Below, one piece after another: positions 1 to 8,490 of a DNA stretch of 64,000 bases. The position numbers were made by a program, and so were the translations under genes. Position 1 is the stretch's first letter; each line of letters opens with the position of its first letter. Origin of the DNA: Candidatus Woesearchaeota archaeon (GTDB lineage: Archaea; Nanobdellota; Nanobdellia; Pacearchaeales; GW2011-AR1); the NCBI GenBank assembly GCA_964566405.1, contig CAZMIN010000001.1:1755-65754 (forward strand), written 5' to 3'. The notes under the pieces were generated by a model. The model was not told the DNA's origin. It did no database searches and saw nothing but the letters and a program-made list of their open reading frames with translations.

Positions 1-810
1 CCTCTCTTGATTTTCAAGAATATCAGAAGATTTTTCAACAAGTTCTTTTAATCCAGATTCAGAAGAATCTCCTATGTCTATCTTTCCAATAACTTTTTCT
101 CTCAATTTCGTGACCATATATTCCCCTTCAAGAAATTCATCTTTTGTTGGTATAGGTCCCCCGACAATGATTCCCTTAAGCTTTGGCATATCAAAAAATA
201 TTTTTTTCATTTCTGCCGCGATTCTCTTATAAAAATCCCTAGTCAAACCTTCTGTAATCCTATGAAAACGCTGACTCGATTGACCACCAGCCCTTACCTT
301 ACTAGGAACTCCCGAAGTCATTTTTTGCATAACTTCTATTCTCTTTCCTTCTAACAACCCAATAGTTGCTTCTTTCCTATCCATCACCAACAATCCAAAA
401 ACCTCTGAAACTTCAAGAAGTTCTTTTAAGGGCTCCAGAACAAATTCCTTATCACAACGATACAACCTACTCTTCAGATGTATTGGGGGTTCGATATCCC
501 ATAATTTCAAATCCTGTTGACCTTCAACACCAGAGACGTTCCCGGAAAAAAGAGCAAGACCTTTTTCAGGCGTTTTCTTCAGTGTCTTTAGATGTCTTAT
601 TATTTTCTCGAGAGCATCGATAACATTCTTTCTCGTTGCAGTTGATTTAATATTCTTAGCAGTAGATTTTTCTGCCCCGAGTTGCCTCTGAACAGAATTT
701 ACATCGTATCCTTCAGGGATATAAACCGTAATCAGCTCTGTGTGTCTTCCCCGAATCTTCTCGAGTTGCTCTAATACATCTTTAAGCTCTTCTTTTGTCA
801 GTTCTGTCAT
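1..810 (-). CDS. prf1: Peptide chain release factor aRF1, N-terminal ~270 aa; the CDS runs off the window start
   Basis: Reverse-strand translation from ATG(810..808) gives MTELTKEELKDVLEQLEKIRGRHTELITVYIPEGYDV...NIKSTATRKN...AGGQSSQRF. The NIKS and GGQ motifs are diagnostic of eRF1/aRF1. There is no stop before position 1. Its start overlaps the valS stop (ATGA). Confidence 0.85.
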   Translation of the reverse strand, partial: MTELTKEELKDVLEQLEKIRGRHTELITVYIPEGYDVNSVQRQLGAEKSTAKNIKSTATRKNVIDALEKIIRHLKTLKKTPEKGLALFSGNVSGVEGQQDLKLWDIEPPIHLKSRLYRCDKEFVLEPLKELLEVSEVFGLLVMDRKEATIGLLEGKRIEVMQKMTSGVPSKVRAGGQSSQRFHRITEGLTRDFYKRIAAEMKKIFFDMPKLKGIIVGGPIPTKDEFLEGEYMVTKLREKVIGKIDIGDSSESGLKELVEKSSDILENQER

Positions 811-3152
811 TTAAACTCCACCTTAAATTTACCTGTTTTTATTTCCGAAGCGTTTGTAACTGCTTTTAAATCTTGAATTAATTCTTTAATTTTCAATTTG
901 TCCTCTTTTGTAATAGTTAATATAATCTCAGAATTCATTGACTTTTGGGCTTTTGTTTTTTCTTGTCTAACCCTCCTTATTATGGCAATTAGCTTATTAA
1001 AGGTTTTATCATACGTGCCTTTTTCTAAATTCTTGTATTTAGGCCATTCACTTATATGAATACTTTTGCATTTCTCATATTTTCTGAAGTGGGTTTGGTA
1101 TAAATGTTCTGTGATAAAAGGCATTATCGGAGCCAGCATTTTAAGAATATCTAGAAATATTATATAAAGTGTATATCGGGCAGATTCTTTTTCTTGTTTA
1201 TTTCCATTATAAACACGCCATTTTATAATTTCCAAATAATGATCACAGAAATATTTCCAAAAAAATTCCTCTACATTAAATTTAGCTTTTGAGTATTCAT
1301 AGATTTCAAATCTATAAGTCGTGCTATTTATTAGAAGGTCAAGTTTCTTTAAAAATAATTCATCTACTTTTTCCAGTTTCCTCGGCTTCCTTGGTTTGGT
1401 TTTTCCAAGATTCATAAAAACAAACTTAGATGCGTTAAAGAGTTTTGTTACGAATTTTTTTCCAGTCACTACCTCTTTCTCTTGATAATCCAAATCCTCT
1501 CCTAGTTTTGAACCGGCTGCCCAGAACCTCAGTGCGTCTGTCCCATATTTTTTCATAACCTCTCTCGGGTGTATTGCATTTCCTTTGGATTTTCCCATCT
1601 TCTCCCCCTTAAGCGTAACAAACCCAGATATCATTGTATTCTCCCATGGAAGTTTCTTTTCATGGTAAAAAGACTTTACAATAGTGTAAAAAGCCCAGGT
1701 TCTTATTATATCATGAGCCTGGGGTCTTAGAGAATAAGGTAATTTTATTTTATTTCCAACTAAAGAAGATGCTATTTGAGGGGTCAATGAAGAAGTTGCC
1801 CACGTATCTAAAACTTTTGTCTCTGGTTCTGCATTTTCCTTACATTTAGGACATTTTTTTTCTATCTCAGAAGGATCTAAAGGAAGCTCTTTTTCTTTGG
1901 CAAGAATTATTTCACCACACTTCCTACAATACCATACAGGTATAGAAACTCCAAAATGCCTGTCTCGGGAAATACTCCAATCCCACTCTAATCCGTTGAC
2001 CCAATTTTCATATCTCTTATACATGAACTTAGGATACCATTCAATCTTTTTTCCTTCTTCAATCAGTTTCTTTTTCTCATCGAGAATTTTAATAAACCAC
2101 TGTTCTGTTGGTAAAAATTCTATCTCTGTTCCACATTTATCATGAACATTAACAACATGAGATATTTGTTTCTGGTCGATTATCAAACCTTTTTTCTTTA
2201 AATCCTCTAAAATCTTTTTTCTTGCTTCTTTTATCTTCATCCCCTTATATCTATCAATATTCAAGGTTCCATCATAATTAAAGATAATTCTTGGATTTAA
2301 TTTAAATTTATTAACAGCCTCAACATCAAATTTATCTCCATAAGAACAAACCATCATAACACCTGTCCCTTTCTCTAGGTCTGCAGATTTATCTTCAAAA
2401 ATAGGAACTTCATAATTGAACAAAGGAATCCTGGCTTTTTTTCCAATAAGGTTCTTATATCTCTTATCATCAGGATTTACAAAAATCGCAACACATGCGG
2501 GGATTAATTCAGGACGTGTTGTAGCGATAGGGAGAGCCTTACCTTCTGCTTCAAATTTAATTGTAGAAAAAGAGCTCGGAAATTCCTTGTCTTCTAGTTC
2601 TGCCTGTGCAATTGAAGTCTGACATTCAGGACACCAAATTGTTGGAAAATTCTTCTTATAGATTCTTCCTGCTTTGAACAAATCTAGAAAAGATTTCTGA
2701 GATATTTTCCGGGAGTTTTTATCAATAGTTGAATAACAAACACCATAATCAGCACTTACCCCAAGATCTTTCCATTGCTGAATAAAATCAGGAGTAATCT
2801 TCTTCAGGGTTTTAAGACATAATTCTATAAACTCTGACCTTGACATCTCTTTACTCTTAACTTTTTTTAATTTTTCGATAAGCCTCTCTGTAGGTAGCCC
2901 ATTATCATCTGTTCCAAAAGGATAGAAAACATTACCTTCAAACATTCTTCGAAATCTGGCTATAAAATCCTGCTGAGAGTACGAAAATGCGTGCCCCACG
3001 TGCATGTCTCCCGAGACAGTTGGTGGTGGTGTATCGATACTATAGATTTTCCCCTTATTCTTAGGGTCAAATTTGTATATTTTTTCCTTTTCCCAGAACT
3101 TTTTTATCTTTTCCTCCACCTCTTCGGCGTTATAATACTTCATAAAATTCAT
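807..3152 (-). CDS. valS: Valyl-tRNA synthetase (class I, archaeal-type, 781 aa)
   Basis: PPPTVSGDMHVGHAF (HIGH-type motif), ATTRPEL, KMGKSKGN (KMSKS), and a C-terminal anticodon-binding region. The length and motifs fit archaeal ValRS better than IleRS or LeuRS. Confidence 0.8.
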   Translation of the reverse strand: MNFMKYYNAEEVEEKIKKFWEKEKIYKFDPKNKGKIYSIDTPPPTVSGDMHVGHAFSYSQQDFIARFRRMFEGNVFYPFGTDDNGLPTERLIEKLKKVKSKEMSRSEFIELCLKTLKKITPDFIQQWKDLGVSADYGVCYSTIDKNSRKISQKSFLDLFKAGRIYKKNFPTIWCPECQTSIAQAELEDKEFPSSFSTIKFEAEGKALPIATTRPELIPACVAIFVNPDDKRYKNLIGKKARIPLFNYEVPIFEDKSADLEKGTGVMMVCSYGDKFDVEAVNKFKLNPRIIFNYDGTLNIDRYKGMKIKEARKKILEDLKKKGLIIDQKQISHVVNVHDKCGTEIEFLPTEQWFIKILDEKKKLIEEGKKIEWYPKFMYKRYENWVNGLEWDWSISRDRHFGVSIPVWYCRKCGEIILAKEKELPLDPSEIEKKCPKCKENAEPETKVLDTWATSSLTPQIASSLVGNKIKLPYSLRPQAHDIIRTWAFYTIVKSFYHEKKLPWENTMISGFVTLKGEKMGKSKGNAIHPREVMKKYGTDALRFWAAGSKLGEDLDYQEKEVVTGKKFVTKLFNASKFVFMNLGKTKPRKPRKLEKVDELFLKKLDLLINSTTYRFEIYEYSKAKFNVEEFFWKYFCDHYLEIIKWRVYNGNKQEKESARYTLYIIFLDILKMLAPIMPFITEHLYQTHFRKYEKCKSIHISEWPKYKNLEKGTYDKTFNKLIAIIRRVRQEKTKAQKSMNSEIILTITKEDKLKIKELIQDLKAVTNASEIKTGKFKVEFK

Positions 3153-3194
3153 AAATAAAGCAAGTTTTAAAAACTATTCATATTTCCATAAATC

Positions 3195-3353
3195 ATGGCA
3201 ACAGACAACAAAATATCCATGCCTGCCGGGTTCGGAGGGTTGATGCGGTTTGATGAAGAATATGCCAGCAAGTTTAATCTAAAACCCACACACGTAATAG
3301 TGTTCATAATTTTAATAGTAGCTTTTAGGGTTGTTCTGGGGATGTTTTTTTAA
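3195..3353 (+). CDS. secG: Preprotein translocase subunit Sec61-beta (SecG-like), 52 aa; below the 60-aa ORF track cutoff
   Basis: MATDNKISMPAGFGGLMRFDEEYASKFNLKPTHVIVFIILIVAFRVVLGMFF. The GLMR(Y)FDE motif followed by a single C-terminal TM is the archaeal Sec61-beta signature. A TTTTAAAAA TATA-like box lies ~25 nt upstream. Its stop is 1 nt before the NAC start. Confidence 0.7.
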   Translation: MATDNKISMPAGFGGLMRFDEEYASKFNLKPTHVIVFIILIVAFRVVLGMFF

Positions 3354-3354
3354 A

Positions 3355-3681
3355 ATGCTTGGTGGTTTAAATCCTAAAAAAATGCAGGCTGTCATGAAAC
3401 AGATGGGAATGTCGCAGGAAGAAATCTCTGCTTCTCGTGTAACAATTGAAAAACCAGACGACACAAAGATAGTGATTGAAAATCCCTCTGTTACAAGAAT
3501 AAAGATACAAGGCCAAGAGAGTTTTCAGATTTCAGGAGAAGCCAGAGAAGAAGGCGGAATCTTAGAAGAAGATATAAAAACGGTCATGGAAAAGACAGGA
3601 AGCTCTGAAGAAGCATCCAAAAAAGCTTTAGAAAACACTAGCGGGGATCTCGCAGAAGCTATTTTGAAGCTTAGCGATTAA
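3355..3681 (+). CDS. nac: Nascent polypeptide-associated complex protein (NAC alpha, UBA domain)
   Basis: MLGGLNPKKMQAVMKQMGM...IENPSV...EEDIKTVMEKTGSSEEASKKALENTSGDLAEAILKL matches archaeal NAC. I moved the start to the ATG at 3355; the 3331 start would overlap sec61-beta. Confidence 0.75.
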   Translation: MLGGLNPKKMQAVMKQMGMSQEEISASRVTIEKPDDTKIVIENPSVTRIKIQGQESFQISGEAREEGGILEEDIKTVMEKTGSSEEASKKALENTSGDLAEAILKLSD

Positions 3682-3734
3682 AATCTATATCTTATCACCA
3701 AAATCTATATCAATCCTTAACCACTGATGAAGAT

Positions 3735-4205
3735 ATGGAAAAATTCCTTGAAAAGATTGAGGAAGCTGAAAAAACCATCCAGACCGCAGACCATATAATC
3801 TATGTCACTTTTCCATTAATAAAAGACAAGAGGCTTCTGTTAAAGGTTATTCAAGAGATAAAAACGGCTATCAGTAACTGTATCAGTTCAATTTTACATT
3901 ATGAATATCTCTACAAAAGGATAACATTATACAAAGATTCCAAGATAAACTTCAAAACATTTACAGAAAAATGTTCACCGAGATATCAGATAAGCAAAGA
4001 AGAGATAAAACTCATTCTAGAGTTATTCGATTTTGTGGAAAAACACAAAGAAAGTCCTTTTGAATTTATCAGAGAAGAAAAAGTTGTTATTCTCTCAGAA
4101 AATATGAAGCCAAAAACTCTAACCATTGAAAAAACAAAGGAGTTTTTGATACTCGCAAAAAACATTTTAAGAAAAACCAGAGATGTTATGAAGAGAAATT
4201 TCTAA
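3735..4205 (+). CDS. Hypothetical alpha-helical protein; paralog of the next gene
   Basis: 156-aa ORF. It shares an N-terminal block (TIQTADHIIYVTFPL...VIQEIKTAI) with 4281..4769 (KISADHLLYVSLKY...MIETSI). I recognise no domain. Confidence 0.45.
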   Translation: MEKFLEKIEEAEKTIQTADHIIYVTFPLIKDKRLLLKVIQEIKTAISNCISSILHYEYLYKRITLYKDSKINFKTFTEKCSPRYQISKEEIKLILELFDFVEKHKESPFEFIREEKVVILSENMKPKTLTIEKTKEFLILAKNILRKTRDVMKRNF

Positions 4206-4280
4206 GAAAAATATAAAAAGCCAACAATCTTAGTAAAGTACACTTCTAAAAGTAAAAATACCTCTAGGTTAAATAATAAG

Positions 4281-4769
4281 ATGAGGAAAAAAGGAAAAAA
4301 AGATGCTTCTAGGAGTAGGAAAGCACCCATGGAAGAAATAATTCAAGAAAAAATAAGTGCAGACCATCTTCTATATGTTAGCCTGAAATATACAAAAACA
4401 TGTGATGTTATAATGAATTTGCTTCTTAGATGGAAAAAAATGATTGAAACCAGTATCGACGAGATATTGAAACGTGCAAAAAAGAAGAAAAAGATTTCCT
4501 CAGTCTCAACAAATCCTGTGGGAAGAATGGAACAGGTGAGAAAGTTATTTAAGAAAGACAAGAATTTCTTAGAAGTAATTGATATGTACGAAATGTTTCG
4601 AAAACTTCATGAATTGAGGTCTGAAAGAATTGGGGAATTCAGAAAAAATGTCACCCTTAAGCTATTTTATAGAGGAGAAGAAGTAAACGTAAATTTGGAA
4701 CAGTTAAAAAAATATGCTGAAGAGTTAGAAAAGTTTATAAGTACAACAAAGCAATTTCTTCTATCATAA
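4281..4769 (+). CDS. Hypothetical protein; tandem paralog of 3735..4205
   Basis: 162-aa ORF with a K-rich N-terminus and a conserved ADHhhYV block. The start could instead be the internal Met at 4329. Confidence 0.4.
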   Translation: MRKKGKKDASRSRKAPMEEIIQEKISADHLLYVSLKYTKTCDVIMNLLLRWKKMIETSIDEILKRAKKKKKISSVSTNPVGRMEQVRKLFKKDKNFLEVIDMYEMFRKLHELRSERIGEFRKNVTLKLFYRGEEVNVNLEQLKKYAEELEKFISTTKQFLLS

Positions 4770-4808
4770 AGAATAGTTAAAATTCTTAAAATAAAATTTA
4801 GACAAGAA

Positions 4809-5585
4809 ATGAAAAAAATCATTGTTATTACGTCTGGAAAAGGGGGGGTTGGAAAGACAACAACAGCCATAAACCTTGCATCAGCCATGAACCATTTCGG
4901 AGAAGACGTGCTTGTAATCGATGGAAATTTATCAACACCTAATATAGGAATTCACCTAAACTCTCCAGAAGTTCCAATAAATCTTAATCATGTTTTAAAA
5001 GATAAAGCAGATGTATTCGAAGCTGTTTATCAGCATGAATCAGGAATAAAGATACTTCCTTCTTCTCTTTCTGTAAAAGAGTTAAAAAAAACAAAGCCGG
5101 AAAAGATGAAAAAATTTAAAAAGGATTTCAAAAAGATGGCAAACAATATTATTGTGGATAGTTCTGCAGGTCTCGGTAACGAGACTAGATCTGCTATAGA
5201 GCTAGCAGACGAAATCATCATAGTCACTAATCCAGAGATGCCTGCACTTACAGATGCATTGAAGACAATAAAACTTGTAGAAGAGTTCGGGATACCTATC
5301 CTGGGGGTCATTGTGACGAGGGTAAGAAAAGATGATATAGAGATGCAGCCAGACATAGTCAAAGAAATGTTAGAGATTCCCATTCTTGGAATGGTTCCAG
5401 AAGACATAGCTGTCCAGAAATCTATAAATGAAAAAGATGCTGTGGTTCATATTTATCCAAAGAGTAATGCCGCAAGAGCCTATAAAGAAATTGCTTCTAA
5501 GATGTTAAACGTGAAATATGACTCAAAGAAAGACAGGGAAGGTATGTTCCATAGAATTCTACAAAAACTTGGTTTGAAAAAATAA
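4809..5585 (+). CDS. minD: MinD/ParA-family P-loop ATPase (archaeal MinD-like)
   Basis: Deviant Walker A ITSGKGGVGKTTTAINLA; family-typical length and architecture. Confidence 0.8.
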   Translation: MKKIIVITSGKGGVGKTTTAINLASAMNHFGEDVLVIDGNLSTPNIGIHLNSPEVPINLNHVLKDKADVFEAVYQHESGIKILPSSLSVKELKKTKPEKMKKFKKDFKKMANNIIVDSSAGLGNETRSAIELADEIIIVTNPEMPALTDALKTIKLVEEFGIPILGVIVTRVRKDDIEMQPDIVKEMLEIPILGMVPEDIAVQKSINEKDAVVHIYPKSNAARAYKEIASKMLNVKYDSKKDREGMFHRILQKLGLKK

Positions 5586-5606
5586 ACAATATAAATAAAT
5601 TCAAAC

Positions 5607-5939
5607 ATGGAAAACGTAAAATTTAGCGACTGGCAAAAATTGGATTTAAGGGTTGGAAAGATTCTAAAAGCAGAAGATATTGAAGGGGCAGACAAACTCT
5701 ATAAATTAGAAATTGATTTGGGAACAGAAAAAAGAACTCTCGTTGCAGGGCTTAAACCATATTATAAAAAAGAAGAACTCGTGGGGAAAAGTTGTATAGT
5801 CTTCACAAACCTCGAACCAAAAACTCTAAGAGGAATAGAAAGCCAGGGAATGATTCTCGCAGCAGTCAGTGAAGATAAAAGCAAGGTGAGACTACTTCAG
5901 CCAGATGAAGACATAGAACTAGGAAGTAAGATTAGATAA
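5607..5939 (+). CDS. Stand-alone tRNA-binding protein (Trbp111/CsaA/EMAPII-like OB domain)
   Basis: DLRVGKILKAEDIEGADKLYKLEIDLGTEKRTLVAGLKPYY...LVGKSCIVFTNLEPKTLRGIESQGMILAA aligns closely with Aquifex Trbp111 and the MetRS C-terminal domain. Confidence 0.85.
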   Translation: MENVKFSDWQKLDLRVGKILKAEDIEGADKLYKLEIDLGTEKRTLVAGLKPYYKKEELVGKSCIVFTNLEPKTLRGIESQGMILAAVSEDKSKVRLLQPDEDIELGSKIR

Positions 5940-5967
5940 ACCACATCTTGTTAGATGCATTGCTGAA

Positions 5968-6594
5968 TTATTCTGGACATAGAACTTCTGGACCTACACA
6001 CCAACATAGTATTGGTGGTTCTGTAGGATAACAACCAGGTTCAATTACCCACCCTGTACATTCATAATAATTTTCTCCAGGGGGGCAGCCATCTGTATCA
6101 CAGCTGAGATCCGTCCAAGTATAATCTTGTACACTGTGCCAACCATAACCAGTATCTGTTTTTCTCATACAAACCTCAAAAGAACTGCTTCTTACATCAT
6201 CCGCAGAACAAAAACTGCTTCTATACCTCAATAATCCGTCATTTACTTCATCACAAGTTCCCGCACCTGTAATTCTAGCCACTATATTTGTTAAACCAGA
6301 ACCATCCCCTAATAAAAAATCTGCATTTATTGTGCCATTAACATCCAAAGTAGTGGAGGGAGATGGTGTATCAACACCTACCTTTCCAGCATCATAATAA
6401 ATATCAGAACCACTCAGAGCCCATAAGCCTCCCCCACCTTCAACCTCACCAGCACTGTGCCCAAATGTAAGGGGATCGTTTGTACCATAAGCATAGACCC
6501 CGACACCTAATGCAAGAACAACTATAATTGTTATGAGGGTGTACAACCACCTGTTAGTAAAATTTATATGAAACTTCACCATCTTTATTATCAA
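5968..6594 (-). CDS. Secreted/membrane-anchored Cys-rich protein, hypothetical
   Basis: An N-terminal TM/signal-like segment is followed by a Gly/Thr-rich stretch and a C-terminal region with ~14 Cys (CDTDGCPPGENYYECTGW...CWCVGPEVLCPE). Codons here are more GC-rich than in neighbouring genes. Confidence 0.45.
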   Translation of the reverse strand: MIIKMVKFHINFTNRWLYTLITIIVVLALGVGVYAYGTNDPLTFGHSAGEVEGGGGLWALSGSDIYYDAGKVGVDTPSPSTTLDVNGTINADFLLGDGSGLTNIVARITGAGTCDEVNDGLLRYRSSFCSADDVRSSSFEVCMRKTDTGYGWHSVQDYTWTDLSCDTDGCPPGENYYECTGWVIEPGCYPTEPPILCWCVGPEVLCPE

Positions 6595-6626
6595 TTAATG
6601 GAATTCTTTATTTAAATATATTCTGG

Positions 6627-8096
6627 TTATTTCTTCTTAAATAAAATTCCAGACTTCTTTATCTTTATTATTTTCAACGGATTTTCGAGTTCATTTAAAG
6701 ATATTTTAAACCCAAAACTCTTAGCAATTTTTTCAGAAGTTTCTGGAATAAAAGGCCAGAGAAGAATAGCAACTGCCCTTATCCCTGTTACGAGTTCAAA
6801 TAAGTCTTTTTTACTTCCAGTTTCCCAAATTTTTTTCTCTTGCACCCATTGATTCAAGGTATCAACAAATGCAAATATAGAGTTAAGTGCTTTATCAAAC
6901 TCATATCGTTCAATTAGTTCGCTAACATCCTCTACAACATTGGATATATGGACATCCACCCCAATTTTCTTAAAATCAACTTTATCATCATCCAAATACT
7001 TCTCAGCCAATACACTTACTCTTCTCACAAGATTCCCTAGTTTATTTGCCAACTCATTGTTATGTCTATCCTTCAAAGCTTCTTCTGAAAAATCTCCGTC
7101 ATCTCCAAAAGGTGTTGCCCTCATTAAAATATACCGTATACTATCTGCAGGATATTTTTTTACTAAATCCAAGGGGGCGATAACATTTCCCAAAGATTTA
7201 GACATTTTTCTACCTCCAACAGTTAAAAATCCGTGAACTATAACTTCTTTAGGCAAAGGAAGCCCTATGCTTAATAACATTCCTGGCCAAATTCCGGTAT
7301 GAAATCTCAACATATCCTTACCGACAACATGAACATCTGCAGGCCAATATTTCTTATACTTCTTATCTGGAAAACCAACCCCTGTCAGATAATTTGTAAG
7401 CGCATCTGGCCAAACATACATTACCTGATTTTCATCCCCTGGAACAGGAATTCCCCAAGGCAAATGATTCTTATCTCTAGAAAAACTAACATCTATCAAA
7501 CCATCTTTGATTAAACCTAAAAAATCATTCTTCCATTTTAAAGGCCTTATCTTTAATTTATCTGATTCGATAAGCTTCTTAATTTTATCAGAATATTTAC
7601 TTAATTTGAAAAAATAGTTTTCCTCAGAGATTTTCTCAATCTCTTTAGTTGGATGATCAGGGCATTTTCCATCAATTAAATCTTTCTCAGTAACAAACCT
7701 CTCACAACCAGAACAATACTTCCCTGTATATTTTTTCTTATAAATATCTCCTTTCTTCTCCAGTTCCTTCCAAACCTTAATAACCCCTGGCCAATGTACA
7801 TTTTTATCTGTAGTTTTAATAAAATAATTATTAGAAATATTAAGTTCTTTAGTCAATTCCTTAAAATAACCTGAATTTTTATCAACAAATTTCTGTGGTT
7901 TCAAACCAGCCTTTTTTGCCATCTGATAATTCTTAGTTCCATGCTCATCTGTTCCGGTTAAAAAGAAAACATCAAACCCCTTAAGAGACTTCCATCTAGC
8001 TAAAACATCTGCTTGAACAATCTCTAAGGCAAAACCTATGTGAGGGGGGGCGTTTGCATAAGGAATTGTTGTGGTTATGTAAAATTTATTCTTCAT
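6627..8096 (-). CDS. metS: Methionyl-tRNA synthetase, minimal 489-aa form lacking the C-terminal tRNA-binding domain
   Basis: TTTIPYANAPPHIGFALE (HIGH), a CxxC...C zinc knuckle, and KMSKSLGNVI. Confidence 0.85.
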   Translation of the reverse strand: MKNKFYITTTIPYANAPPHIGFALEIVQADVLARWKSLKGFDVFFLTGTDEHGTKNYQMAKKAGLKPQKFVDKNSGYFKELTKELNISNNYFIKTTDKNVHWPGVIKVWKELEKKGDIYKKKYTGKYCSGCERFVTEKDLIDGKCPDHPTKEIEKISEENYFFKLSKYSDKIKKLIESDKLKIRPLKWKNDFLGLIKDGLIDVSFSRDKNHLPWGIPVPGDENQVMYVWPDALTNYLTGVGFPDKKYKKYWPADVHVVGKDMLRFHTGIWPGMLLSIGLPLPKEVIVHGFLTVGGRKMSKSLGNVIAPLDLVKKYPADSIRYILMRATPFGDDGDFSEEALKDRHNNELANKLGNLVRRVSVLAEKYLDDDKVDFKKIGVDVHISNVVEDVSELIERYEFDKALNSIFAFVDTLNQWVQEKKIWETGSKKDLFELVTGIRAVAILLWPFIPETSEKIAKSFGFKISLNELENPLKIIKIKKSGILFKKK

Positions 8097-8126
8097 AAAT
8101 CTTTTAAAAGAAGAAGATATAAAAAC

Positions 8127-8477
8127 TTAACTTCTAAGTGTCAATCTTTCCAGATAAGGAATCATAGCTATTTCATCTCTTTCTGAAAGAGATCTATCCT
8201 TCCTAATATCTGCTGGCCACCTATAGATTTCATCGAAGTCTCTTATCACAGAATCACTAGAGAAAGAAAAGGCTACCCTATGTAAATCAGACCCCGGTAT
8301 AGAATGCTCACAAATATCATAAACATCTTTTGTGGGGGCCAGATGGGTTAAAAACCTACCCCTTATAATCTTTATCTGACCTGGTTTATTTATTATCACA
8401 ACAGTATATCTATTTCTAGACCTAACCTGTTCCCCTGTATCTGTTTCCATGTTCCACCTCACTAATCTCCTCACCAT
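8127..8477 (-). CDS. Hypothetical protein (possible PUA/ASCH-like beta-barrel; unassigned)
   Basis: 116-aa ORF. The start may be the internal METDTG. I recognise no motif. Confidence 0.35.
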   Translation of the reverse strand: MVRRLVRWNMETDTGEQVRSRNRYTVVIINKPGQIKIIRGRFLTHLAPTKDVYDICEHSIPGSDLHRVAFSFSSDSVIRDFDEIYRWPADIRKDRSLSERDEIAMIPYLERLTLRS

Positions 8478-8490
8478 CAGATTTTAAAAG

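Noticed and set aside
366-623. 85-aa + strand ORF at the window start
   Set aside because: Lies inside and antisense to the aRF1 coding region, which is supported by NIKS and GGQ motifs.
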